Under the pieces are notes generated by a model. The model did not search any database and was not told the DNA's origin. It saw only the letters and a list, made by a program, of their open reading frames with translations. Source: Octopus sinensis (taxonomy: Eukaryota). Taken from it: a stretch of DNA of 64,000 nt. Positions 1 to 12,089 of this stretch are shown in pieces; position 1 is the stretch's first letter; every line of letters starts with the position of its first letter. The stretch covers positions 66,278,001 to 66,342,000 of the forward strand of contig NC_043008.1 in the NCBI RefSeq assembly GCF_006345805.1, in the 5' to 3' direction. Position numbers and translations under genes: made by a program.

Positions 1-250
1 TATATGCTACTATCATATACTACAGAATAACCCAATAGAACTTTATGTAGTGGAGAAAGTATGAAACATAACTGTGTTAAAAGTTCACTTCTCATCTACA
101 TGGTTTCAGGTTCAGTTCCAGTGTTTGGCAAATGTCAACTACAACAGTCTTGATCTGATCAAAGCCTTCTGAATGGTTTTGGCTGACAGTAACTGGAAAA
201 ATACTGTAAGCCTGTCATATACATACATATATATATATATATATATACAT

Positions 251-1225
251 AGAAGAGAACAAGGTGTACATTACGCCGCAATAATATATGTATAAAAAAT
301 ATATATAACAATACAAAATGGGACAAGAACGCAAAACATTCAAATAGACGACACAAAAAACAGACAGGTCATTCGAAGCATCTAATCTTCAGTCAAGAAC
401 CGGATCATCCTCACAATTTCGGCTGATTAATCTTGAGATCGCTCTGATCCGGCCAGCCCCAAGGAAAAACTAAGCTATGAGCATTAGATTTCTTGGAAAA
501 AGGATCGAATATATATGAAACAAGGAGAGAAAAACAGACGATGCCACACGAATATAAATACAAAACACAATAATAATAATAACAGGACAAAAACAACAGG
601 TGTCTTTCGATTTTGGACAGTTCAACTTAGCTTAGCTGGCATATTTGGAAAATAATGCCTTACGGCAGGCGAAGAAGTCGATGTTGTGGCGGTGCTCAGA
701 AGCCAAAAGGCTAGTTGACCGGCGGTCACATGAGAAGAGAAGAGAGAGGAAAAAAGGGGGAAAGGAATCAAAGAGAGGGAGAAAAAGAGGGACAAAGGCA
801 CCAAAGAGGGGGAGAGGAGAGAGAAAGAAGGAATTAAAGAGGGGAGAAAAAAGAGAGCGTGCCAAGGATTGGCGGGACAACAGAAAGGCAGGGTCAGTGA
901 GGTGCAAATTGAGAAAGACAGAGAAATGTGAGAGAGTGGGGGAAGAGGAGACCAAAGAATCAGAGGTGAGAAAAGAGAAAGACAGAGACTAGTGAAGTAT
1001 AGAGAAAGTGTGTGTAGAAGTTGTACAAGTAGTGGGATGCTTACATACATAAGAGAACAAGATGTACGTTACGCCGCAATAATATATGTATAAAATAAAT
1101 ATATAAAAATACAAAATTGGACAAGAACGCAAAACATTCAAATAGACAACACAAAAAATGGACGGGTCATTCGAAGCTTCTAATCTTCAGTCAAGAACCG
1201 GATCATCCTCACAATTTCGGCTGAT
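251..1225 (-). mobile_element. Non-autonomous Penelope-like/retrozyme-like element, ~800-bp unit plus partial second copy (pseudo-LTR arrangement)
   Basis: 251-~430 repeats at 1051-1225 (AGAGAACAAG...TTCAGTCAAGAACCGGATCATCCTCACAATTTCGGCTGAT). TA-rich tracts lie on both flanks. The minus strand has CUGAAGA/GAAA motifs followed by a T-rich tail. A diverged third copy is at 48424-48560. Confidence 0.55.
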
Positions 1226-1239
1226 GATAAATATATATA

Positions 1240-2786
1240 TATCCTTAAATCCTTAAATCCTTAAAAATGTTTTAGCCCGAAGGCCGCGGCCATGCTGGGG
1301 CACCACCGCTGAATGAGCTACACTAATATGTGAATCCACCTCTGATACGTGGCACTAGATCAACAAGGGAGTTCGATGCTGCTGCTCGCATCTGCGTCTC
1401 CTGTCGTGAGGTAGGTTCATCTGGGACTCCCGACAAGAAGAGATCCATTTTAGTTTTAAAGAAACCCACATCCACACCATGTAAGTCTCTCAGGCATTTA
1501 GGGAGGATGTTAAAGAGCTGTGGTCCTCTGAAACCCAGCTGTTGCAGTATCTGGACCTGTATTTTGATGGTGATGTTGGAATCTTTGGCACCATGCAGTG
1601 GCGCCCCGTTCTGTGGTTGGGGTAACTTTGAATGCCAAAGTTTGGGACAAGACCCACCAGGATTTTCCAGATGTATATCACCGCATATCTCTCCTGCCTC
1701 CACTCTAGGGAGAAGAGGTTTAATACTTTTAGTCTTTCCCAGTAGCTGATATTTTGCATTGAGACGATCTTCTTTGTGTAGCTTCTCTGAATTGCTTCGA
1801 GTTCTGCTGTTAGTTTTATATTGTGTGGTGACCATAGTTGGGAGCAGTAGTCCAAGCGGCTGAGGACGAATGTTTTCCATAGGATCATCAGTGTCTCCTT
1901 CTCTCTTGTTCTGAAAGTTCGGCGAATCTATCCAGCTAGCTGTCTGCATTTTATCACCAGATTAGTAATATGCACTTGGAAAGATGCATCATTGCTCATG
2001 TCAATGCCCAGGTCACGCACTGATTTTGACTCAGGGATTGCCATTCTTCCTGGGCCAGTGTATCCAGTCTGCACGTCGTTTACCTTTGTGTGCCGGTAGC
2101 GCAGGGCCTGGAACTTACCTGCATTAAATTGCATGTTGTTGTCCTCAGCCCACCTGTATATTGTATCCAAATCCTGTTGCAGATGTGCAATATTATCAGG
2201 GTTTTGTATTGTGTGGGAGACTTTTGTGTCATCTGCATAGCTAGCAAGGGTGGCCATCGTAGCAACTGAGGGCATGTCTGAAAGGGCCACTATGAACAGC
2301 AGTAGCCCAAGACAATGCCCTGCAGAACACCGCTTGTTATTTGTGTTTCCTTGGAGGTGGCTCCATTGCTCACAACTACCTGTCTTCTATCTTTTAGGAA
2401 GTTGTGCAGCCACTCTCCAAGTTTCCGCCTATGCCGAGACCACGCAGTTTGTGACAGATCATACCATGGTCGACTTTATCAAAGGCTTTTGCAAAGTCGA
2501 GATATATTACATCACCACATTTGAGCCATTTAGTAGCTGTTTCAACACCCAGTCATAGTGTTGCAGGCTGTGTTAGGCAGCCTCTACCTGGTCGAAATCC
2601 ATACTGGGTGCCAGACAGCAAGTCATTTTCTTCAAGGAACATGATTAGTTTCTTACGGACTATTCGTTCCATGACTTTGCTGATGTGTGAGGTCAGAGAG
2701 ATAGGCCTATAATTTTTAGCATCTGCTCTGCTACCTCCCTTATGGATAGGGCATATTACCCCCTCTTTCAATTTGACTGGGAGCTT
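1240..2786 (-). mobile_element. 5'-truncated, frameshifted CR1/L2-group LINE (RT domain to 3' end, (TTTAAGGA)n tail)
   Basis: Minus-strand peptides PIHKGGSRADAKNYRPISLTS, YLDFAKAFDKVDH, SGVLQGIVLGLLLF, LASYADDTK, VRDLGI and SRLDYCSQLWSPH occur in collinear order over several frames. A 3' UTR with an 8-bp tandem tail is at 1240-1264, and the 5' end abuts (TA)n. Confidence 0.92.
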
Positions 2787-2819
2787 ACATATATATATGT
2801 ATGTATATACACATGTGCT

Positions 2820-3330
2820 TAACTAAACGAGGTAACCCACACTTAAATAATACTCACTCGGCCTTAATTACCCAACGAAACTAACCAATCTACCACAAAC
2901 AAACCTCTACCCAACGAATTTACCAGTGCAAGAACAAAATTTCAATGTAAGAATTACCAATTTGTTTAAATTACCATCACATGTGTATCAATCATTTTCG
3001 CATCCTAACCGATGCATCTATATATACTCGCATTCTGAAGAGATTTACTTACTCCAGTAAATCGAAACGATCGTAAATGCCACCCTCATCTCCACTTCTT
3101 ACTTCTTTGTTACCTATTTAATTAAAGACATACCAGCGTAAACCATGAGTTTCCCATTGTTATTATATCCATTTTCTTCCCTTATATAACCTAAACTCCG
3201 GTTTACGAACCGAACTACTTGCTACCATGCAATCTTTCAAAAGACTGTACCTACCCAGCTAATAGCCAGGAGCAACTCTGGATTTAATTATCCCTTAGAA
3301 GTATTAAACTCCTCTAACTTGATACCTATA
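2820..3330 (+). mobile_element. Penelope-like element 3' fragment carrying an intact HHR
   Basis: Lies between TA-rich tracts, contains the HHR at 3030-3080 followed by a pyrimidine-rich tail, and has a possible decayed GIY-YIG C-terminal motif near 2885-2925. Confidence 0.6.
3030..3080 (+). ncRNA. Minimal type I hammerhead ribozyme, intact core
   Basis: GCAUU-CUGAAGA-GAUUUAC(UUACUCCA)GUAAAUC-GAAA-CGAUCGU-A-AAUGC. Stem I is 5 bp and stem II is 7 bp, both perfect; stem III is the palindrome ACGAUCGU; the cleavage triplet is GUA (3073-3075). Confidence 0.9.
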
Positions 3331-3389
3331 CATACGGATATATAAATATATTTTAAGACCTGCTGCTAAGTTCTGAGTCTCCAGCTCTG

Positions 3390-3960
3390 TCAGCATGAAC
3401 TGCAAGTAGTTTGTGGTCTCAGTGATGAGTACAGTGTCATCTGCAAAACAAAAGCTTGTTTGTTGCTCACCATTAATGTTCATGACACCTGTCTAGTCAT
3501 TATCCTTGAAGACATTTCTAGACATGCAGTAAAGAGCTTTGGAGAGATGGCTTCTCCTTGCTTGATACCCCTCTCAGTTGGGACCCCTTACTGGGGGTGA
3601 TAACAGAGTGATATCTTTTGTGCATCCAGAGTTCATATATCTCAACATATTGATGTATTACACCTTGGCACCATGCATTTCCAGAGATTTCAACACTGCA
3701 TTCATCTCAATCAAAGGCCTTTTTGTAATCAACAAAAGCAATACATAGAAGCTTGAATTTGTTTGCTCACTCTATGAGCTGTGTTAGAGTGAATATTTTC
3801 TTGACCACCAAATTGTAGTCCTCATCAAGTTCTTCTTCAAGTTGACCCCAAATTTCCTTTTTGGTAGCTTCCTGCAACTGTTTTACATCAAAGCCTTTGA
3901 TGCATTGATGCTTCAATGACATGGGCAAAGCGTTTTTTATCTGATGCCCACACAAAAGTA
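3390..3960 (-). pseudogene. Decayed RTE-clade LINE RT fragment
   Basis: Minus-strand GIKQGEAISPKLF (~3535-3573) and FADDTVLI (~3425-3448), with stops and frameshifts. Confidence 0.75.
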
Positions 3961-4019
3961 CCTTGGATCATAGGGCAACATGCTGTGCTTGAGGAGACCT
4001 ATTGAGTCAAGTACATCAA

Positions 4020-4310
4020 ATCAAAATCAAATGGAAATTGTAGTTGTGATCCCCGTGCCAGTGGCACGTAAGAAGTACCATCCAAATGTGGCTGATGTCA
4101 GTGCCGCCTTGACTCGTTTCAGTGCTGGTGGCACATAAAAAGCACCCCCCTACACTCTCGGAGTGGTTAGCATTAGGAAGGGTGTCCAGCTGTAGAAACA
4201 CTGCCAGATCAGACTGGAGCCTGGTGCAGCCTCCTGGCTTCCCAAACCCCATCAAACCGTCCAACCCATGCCAGCATGGAAAACAGACGTTAAACGATGA
4301 TGATGATGAT
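4020..4310 (+). mobile_element. RTE-type 3'-end repeat/SINE with (GAT)n tail (family C)
   Basis: Contains GGCATTAGGAAGGG(T/C)ATCCAGCTGTAGAAAC...CCAACCCATGCCAGCATGGAAA...TTAAACGATGATGAT, which recurs many times in the window. Confidence 0.75.
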
Positions 4311-4379
4311 ATAAACAGGATGTTTAGGCAATATTTGACAGCATGCATAAATGGAGAATAAACCCAGATATCCCATCCA

Positions 4380-4890
4380 AAAATAAAATTATTTTAGATA
4401 AAAAATTATCAACTGGGAAATAACAGCTTAATCAGTATAGCCACCATCAGCATCCACCACAACCTTAAAACAGCTCTGGAACCTAGCACATGCATTCTTC
4501 TCTAGGAAGATTTTCAAACATCTTCTTCATCTTGGCTACCAGTTCAGCCTTGGTGTTGCTAGTAGAGCTGTTGGTGTCTTTCTAAAACACATCTTGCACA
4601 TAGTAATTCGTGTGATTACAATCAGGAGAATTATGAAGCTAGAAATTGGAGAATTGGAGGCTAGAAAGTGGAGCTGGTGACATCATAGAATTTCACAAAC
4701 AACCACTTTTGACTCTTTCCAAAGGTATGGCAAGGAACCTAATCCTACTGCAACACACATGGCCTTTCAGCAGTAACCCTCTCAAACCGGGATTTGACCA
4801 CAGCCTCCAGCAGCTTCATTTAGCCATCTGAAATGAGCCTAAGGCTCTGTTTCTGTAGATGGTGGATGGATCCCAGCACATGGACGAAGT
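4380..4890 (-). pseudogene. Highly decayed maT-like (DD37D) Tc1/mariner transposase remnant
   Basis: Minus-strand translation resembles QQDSAPCHT..KSQKWL...NSPDCN..YYV...KDTNS...NTKAELVAKMK..FENLP and is collinear with the better-preserved copy at 30252-30717. Confidence 0.7.
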
Positions 4891-5145
4891 TAGAACACCT
4901 ACTGTATCACTTCCTGCTGACCTTGGACTTTGGTCATACTGGAGCCTTGAAGGGTTATGTCAAACAAATTAAACCCTGTACTTATTTTTAAGCCTGGTAC
5001 TTATTCAATCAATCTGTTTTTGCTCAATTGTTAAGTTGCACAGACATAAACAAACCAACACCGGTTGTCAAGTAAGTGGTGGCAGGAGACAAACACAAGC
5101 ACAAAAAAAAACACAAAAAGATATATACATATACATACACATACA

Positions 5146-5420
5146 TCATCATCGTTTAACATCTACTTTCCATGCTAGCATGGGCTGGACGATTTGACTG
5201 AGGGCTGGCAAACCAGGTGGCTACACCAGGCTCCAATCTTGATCTGGCAGAGTTTCTACAGCTGGATGCCCTTCCTAATGCCAACAACTCTGAGAGTGTA
5301 GTGGGTGCTTTTATGTACCACCAGCACATGGGCCAGTCAGACGGTACTGGCAATGACCTTGCTCAAATCTTTTTACACATGCCACCGGCATAGATGCCAG
5401 TAAGGTGATGCTGGTCATAT
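5146..5420 (-). mobile_element. Family C RTE-type 3'-end repeat
   Basis: (ATC)n tail followed by CGTTTAAC...CATGCTAGCATGGG...CTGGATGCCCTTCCTAA. Confidence 0.75.
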
Positions 5421-6010
5421 ACATACATATACATACATACACATATATATATACATATATATCCTTTAAATTCGTCTATGGGAAATGTTTTTGAATATGC
5501 CTATAAAAACTCCTATTTTATTATGCCAGCTACAGCCTAATGGTATCAACTGGCAATGGCAGTGCTTTGGGGGTTGCACTGAGCTGCATTAAAATATTTA
5601 TAAATTCCATTCATGGATTATTATTATCATTATTATTATTATTACACGCACACAAACACACACACAGAGACACACATACACCTATGTATGTATGTATGTA
5701 TATTGCTCAGTTGTTCACAAGTCTGAAAAATAAGCCTACTCTTCTGTTCCCAAGCAAAGCAATGTTTCCCCTTGGCCAGACATATTTTCGCAGATTACTG
5801 TCAATGAATGTATGATACTGACACACATTTACAGCTATCGGGCAATGTCAGGACAAGAAGACACAGGCATAAATATACACACATGCGCGCACACACACAC
5901 ATATACATTAATTGGCACTATAGCCATCCTAAAGTAATGTGTGTGTATGTGTTAGTTATCAACAGATTGAGAAGGTATCTAGTTTTGTTTTCCTATATAT
6001 ATATATATAA

Positions 6011-6037
<27 letters not shown>

Positions 6038-6042
<5 letters not shown>

Positions 6043-6221
6043 TTAGGGTACCTAAGAGATACCTCCACGCTGGAAATAGCAGCCAAAACTTGACTCAAAA
6101 ACCACATTAAATGTTCATATGAACATTTAATGTGGTTCGTATGAACATTTAATGTGGTTTTAGAGTCAAGTTTTGGCTGCTATTTCCAGCGTGGAGGTAT
6201 CTCTTAGATACCCAAAATTAT
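6038..6221. repeat. Fold-back (inverted repeat) element with ~80-bp arms
   Basis: 6038-6118 is reverse-complementary to 6141-6221 with about 3 substitutions. The centre carries a 19-bp duplication (6119-6137 and 6141-6159). Confidence 0.9.
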
Positions 6222-7184
6222 AATTTTAATAATAATTATTACGTTTGAAGGCTTTTATTCCCATGCTGGCCACTTGATAAGATCGATAATTAAATTAACG
6301 ATTTTATCCTTATATATATATATATATACACACACCAAATCTACATTACACTAAATAATATATTTTCCGACACTAGGCTATTGGGTATTTTGGTATTTTG
6401 TACTATGAAATACACCTAAACAATAGATGCATATGTATCTATGTGTAGGCGGTATGGATAATATAAAGCTAATTTAAGTCTATAAAGCTATAAGGACATG
6501 TCTGAACAAGCTGAAATTAGTGTTTCTAATGTTTAATACAGTTAGATAATAAAATATTAGGCATTGATTTATATGTTTGCATACAAAGTGTAGGCATAAC
6601 TGTGTGGTCAGACAGTTTGCTTTGTGAGGAATATGGTTTCAGGATCATTCCTGCTGGATGGCACTTTGGGTGAGTATCTTAACTGCTATAGCATTGGGAT
6701 GCATTGTAAGTTGAATCTGAGAGATGGAAACAGTTGAAAAGTTTCTCTCTAACATATATATAGAGAGAGATAGAGATAGACAGCTAAAAAGAGTGAGAGA
6801 GATAGGGATAGACAACAGCTAAAGAAAGTGAGAGAGAGAGAGAAATAATACTTAAGCTCAAAACAAGTATGTTATTTAATACTTTATAGAACATACACAT
6901 GTTTCAACAAAATGTTGTAGTAATTACACAACAGTTGTTAAAACAATATGCAATCTTGTACTTCACCTCATCAGTACCCCATAATAATACAATAGCAGAT
7001 ATTAAAAACTCCCCTCCTAATATATACATTTTCCCTGTTATGCAAATTATCAACAACCTTTCATGTCATAATATAGTAAGGATTCCATACACAAGCCTAT
7101 CCTAATGTTGATGTCCCATGTCATACTACACTGGATATTGGAGTGTAGAACCCACTACTGAGCCCAATCTTTGATAACATGTAA

Positions 7185-7460
7185 TGCTAGCATGAGTTGG
7201 ATGATTTGACTGAGGACTGGCGAACCAGATGGCTGTACTAGGCTCCAATCTGATCTGGCAGAGTTTCTACAGCTGGATGCCCTTCCTAACGCCACCAGCA
7301 CGAGGGCCAGTCAGGCGGTACTGGTAACGGCCATGCTCAAGTGGTATTTTTTACATGCCACCTGCACAGGAGCCAGTCCAGCGGCACTGGCAATGACCTC
7401 GCTCGAATGTTTTTCACATGCCACCAGCACAAGTGCTAGATTGCTGGTAACGATCACGTT
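7185..7460 (-). mobile_element. Family C RTE-type 3'-end repeat
   Basis: ATGCTAGCATGAGTTGGATGATTTGACTGAGG...CTGGATGCCCTTCC plus internal GTGCCACC/GGCAC minisatellite-like units. Confidence 0.75.
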
Positions 7461-8135
7461 TGAATATCATTAGCATCCTTATCATCATCATAATTTGACA
7501 TCTGACTTCCATGATAGCATAGATTAAACAGTTTGACAAGATCTGACAGGTTGAAGACTGTGTCATGCTCTAATGTCTGTTTTGGTAAGGATTCTATGGC
7601 TGAATTCCTTGTCTAACACTGACTACTGTAAAGAATGTATTAAGTGCTTTTCTGATGGCAGTGAGACTAGTGATGGTCATCTCATAACTTGAAAGGCTAA
7701 GGAGCTAAAGTGGCCCCTATAAATGAGAGAAAATAGTAGAGTGGGCAATGTTGCTAGTAAGATTAACAAAAACCTGCATGCACAACTGAATCCACATTGC
7801 TGAAACTGATGGTGAACTATCCAGTTGGTATAGTGTCCATGAGCTTTGAGAATTGTAAAATATTTGGTAGAAATGATGTTGGTTTGAACTTTTGTAAATT
7901 GACACCTGTGAGAAAAATTGAGATGGATGGATTCCAAAGTCTTTATAGCATGAGGAGAAACTACAGCTTGGTGGCACGACTCATGTTTTCACTTGTTGTT
8001 TTAGGTGCCCCTTAGTCACAAAGAGACACACACAACCACTCTCTTGGCCTCTGCACTTTGATGCTGTAGAATATACAGGATGTGACAGATGGAAGGAGAG
8101 GGGGATATGTGGTAGTATACTCTTTACTCTCTCTC

Positions 8136-8339
8136 TTTTACTTGTTTCAGTCATTTGACTGCGGCCATGCTGGAGCACCGCCTTTAGTCGAGCAAATCGA
8201 CCCTGGGACTTATTCTTTGTAAGCCCAGTACTTATTCTATCGGTCTCTTTTGCCGAGCTGCTAAGTGATGGGGACGTAAACACAACAACATTGGTTGTCA
8301 AGCAATGCTAGGGAGACAAACACAGACACACAAACACAG

Positions 8340-8370
<31 letters not shown>

Positions 8371-8528
8371 CATATATACGACAGGCTTCTTTCAGTTTCC
8401 GTCACAAGGCATTGGTCGGCCCGGGGCTATAGCAGAAGACACTTGCCCAAGATGCCACGCAGTGGGACTGAACCCGGAACCATGTGGTTGGTTAGCAAGC
8501 TACTTACCACACAGCCACTCCTGCGCCT
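8136..8528 (-). mobile_element. Young full-length tRNA-derived SINE, family A (internal (TA)n/(CA)n)
   Basis: Head GGCGCAGGAGTGGCTGTGTGGTAAG...GGTTCAGTCCC has pol III A/B-box-like motifs. The 3' end is GGCGGTGCTCCAGCATGGCCGCAGTCAAATGACTGAAACAAGTAAAAG. About 20 partial or full copies are in the window. Confidence 0.9.
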
Positions 8529-8913
8529 AATAAAGTATTAGTACTTTATTAGTACAAATGTCCATGATACCCTAAATGCTGCAATGAAAATTTTCAGTCT
8601 GTTTGTGGTTCTTATAAGTTTGCATCAGTTCAGCCTATTGTCATGTCTTGCATGTAACTTCCAGATTCTGCAGGAAGGCGTGGCCAGAAACACTGAAGGT
8701 GAGATCACATGCAAGAGACTGGTTGGAAACTTGGCAGAGTTTGACAAGAAAACGTCTTGAACAAAAGAACACATTAGACAAAGATATACCAAAAAGACAT
8801 CTTCTTGAAAAATGAGCAGGTCATGGATGAAGTATCTTTAATCAAAGCTGGTCTTGGTCATATCCTAAAATATGTGCATGATAATACAACAAGTGCATGC
8901 AGACATACAGAGA

Positions 8914-8916
<3 letters not shown>

Positions 8917-8997
<81 letters not shown>

Positions 8998-9800
8998 ACA
9001 CAAATCTATCAACACTATATTCTCATACATACTCAACTGCACACATACACAAACATGCATGCATACATACATTCATCAATACATACATAAATACATACAT
9101 ACATACATACATACATACATACATACATACATACATACATACATACATACATACATGCATACATACATACATACATACATACATACATACATGCATACAT
9201 ATGCATATATAATTACAAAAATATTCCTACATATACATATATTTACCTCTATGCACACAGATTTCTAAAGCTCTCTCTCTCTCCACACACACACACACAC
9301 AAATTTATACAGAGATACATACATACACACATACATAAATGCATACACACACACACAATTTTATACATAGATACATAGATACATACACACGTACATGCAT
9401 ACATACATGCATACATACATACATACATACATGCATGTGTATATGTATGCATACATACATACATACACACACACAAACATACATGCATGCATACATACAT
9501 ACATACATACATACATACATACATACATACATACTTTTATACATACATTCATACATATATATACATACACATGTATGTCTGTACATACATAAATATATAC
9601 GCTTGTAAATATATTCCTACATACATATATTCATATTTACACTTCTCTCTACACACAAAGATCTACAAAACATACACTCTCTCTCTTTATTTTACTCTCC
9701 CTCTTTCTTTTACTCTCTCTCTCTCTTTCTTTAACTCTCTCTCTCTTTCTTATACTATCTCTCTCTCTTTTACTCTCTCTCTCCTTCTATTACTCCCTTT
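8917..9800. repeat. Compound microsatellite block (CT)n/(CA)n/(TACA)n
   Basis: Directly visible; it accounts for all ORFs at 8805-9900. Confidence 0.95.
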
Positions 9801-10486
9801 CTCTTTCCGCCCCCCCTCACTTGCATACACATATATGTACTCAACTATGCACATAAAAAAACCCCTTCCTTTACACTCACCAGGATATTTATGTGAATAA
9901 AAGGATTTGGAATGAGAAGTTTCATGATATCAGGGTGGAAACTGCCACACCCTTATTATTGCATCTCGTTTACACTTGGAGATTGGTTGCATGCATGCAC
10001 TCATGCACACACACACATATGCACACACATGCATACACACATGCTCACCTACTTATGCTCCCACCATTACCACTTGCTACTATATCTCCCCTTTTGCGTT
10101 TGTTTACAAATGATAGATGGAACATTCACACACGCACACACACACACACACACACACCTACATCTCACTTAAAAACACACATACATATACATGAACCAAC
10201 GAGGGAACATCTATGTGGTCAGGTGATATGCTAGAAAACACAATCAATCCTTGCTCAAATTCTACCCCACCATCTTAGAAAAGAATGACTTCGATAATCT
10301 GGGCCTGGGTACTCTGAACAAAGTAAGACAACTGGATGGGCATGGGTGAGATGCTTTCAGTGGAGATCTGTCTGACAATAACCACAACACTCATATGCAC
10401 ACATGTGCCTGCATGCATGCACACACACACACACACACACACAAACATACAAATCATACTGTGCCCTATATATAGAAACATAAGGC

Positions 10487-10712
10487 AGCAAGCTGGCAGA
10501 AACGTTAGTGCGCCGGGCAAAATGCTTAGCAGTATTTCATCTGTCGTTACGTTCTGAGTTCAAATTCCGCCAAGGTTGACTTAGCCTTTCATCTTTTCAG
10601 GGTCGATAAATAAAGTACCAGTTTCACACTGGGGTCAGTGTAATCGACTTAATCCGATTGTCTGTCCTTGTTTGTCCCCTCCATGTTTAGCCCCTTGTGG
10701 GCAGTAAAGAAA
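10487..10712 (+). mobile_element. tRNA-derived SINE, family B
   Basis: GGCAGCAAGCTGGCAGAAACGTTAG...GAGTTCAAATTCCGCCAAGGTTGACTTAGCCTTTCATC...GTCGATAAATAAAGTACCAG. Further copies at ~11502, 21805(-), 28395(-), 34787, 35865, 45660, 51962(-) and 59170-59900(-). Confidence 0.85.
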
Positions 10713-11451
10713 TATATAGAAACATACATGCATAAATATATACCTGCGTATACATACACAGGCCCTTATTACTAATTCCTTGCAGGTTATGCTTCTATCA
10801 TATATAAACTGGATTCATTACATGCATACACATATATGCACACATACACACATATTTTAACACACACACATATACTTACACACATATGCAAGCATATTCA
10901 TGCACATACTCATATGTACATACATTTTGCCACTTATATTGTTACTACTTTTATCACACTGCTTTGCTGTTTTAATTGTACAAAGATATACATAACTTAT
11001 TCATATATATATATATTATTTATATCTCTTCTTCCTTTCTCTTTCTCTTCCGACCAGGCTATCAGATGTTGCTACACATTGCTGGTCACAATGCGCTTGG
11101 CATTGTTTTAACCTTCAAATGACATCACCCCGCTGGCTAAGCGAGCAGGCCAATATACTATTTATATATAATAAAAAAATCAAAGGTCCTTCTTGAACAC
11201 TAAGTTCATAAGGCTGGTCTCGTGGATTCTGTGGTGTGTATATTACCCCTGGACAGGACACTAGTCCATCATAGGATTATTCATTTTTGACAGTTGAGTG
11301 TCCTGAAGCAATATAAAATGAAGAATTTTTTCTTGAGAACACAGCTCATTGCCCAAACCATGAGTAAGAATCATAATATTATGATCATGAGTGCAACTCT
11401 CTAACCACTAAGCACACACCTCCAGATAATACATACATGCATATATATATG

Positions 11452-11485
<34 letters not shown>

Positions 11486-12089
11486 AGTACACATACTAGT
11501 ATGGCAGTGAGCTGGCAGAAACATTAGCACGCTGGGTAAAATGCTCAGTGGCATTTCATCCATCTTTATGGTCTGAGTTCAAACTCCACTGAGGTTGACT
11601 TTGCCTTTTGTCTTCTTGAGGTCAAGAAAGTAAGTACCAATTGAACACTGGGTGATGGCAAACTGGTAGTGGGATGAGGGACATTCTACAGTGAAAAATA
11701 ATCAAACAGCGTTTCAACTCTGCATGAGTATATGTGTGTATATGTAAAAGGGAGGTATGTGTAGGTTTGTGTGTGTGTGTGTGTGTGTGTGTAAAATGGA
11801 AGTGGGATGGTGAACATTCAATGCTGAAAAGAAAAATCAAACAGCTTTTCAACTCTGTGTGAGTATATGTGTGTATATGTGTGCATATACAAAGGAAGTA
11901 TGTGAATGTATGTGTGAACCAGTGTTCTTTCAGAAACAAATGATGATCGATGTTAAATCTCAAAATACAACTACTAGATAACATTGAGAAGTGTATTAGT
12001 TTGAATTACCATCCATAGACTATCTTATGTCCTTACTTATATATAAAATACTACAATTAGCCATCATTTTTTATGGCACAGGGGCAGCT

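Noticed and set aside
645-992. Lys/Arg-rich 115-aa protamine-like ORF
   Set aside because: It is the GA-rich strand of a repeat element; the composition follows from purine bias.
8665-8698. Possible 34-nt micro-exon (TTCCAG|ILQEGVARNTE|GTGAGA)
   Set aside because: It is too short to distinguish from chance splice-like motifs.
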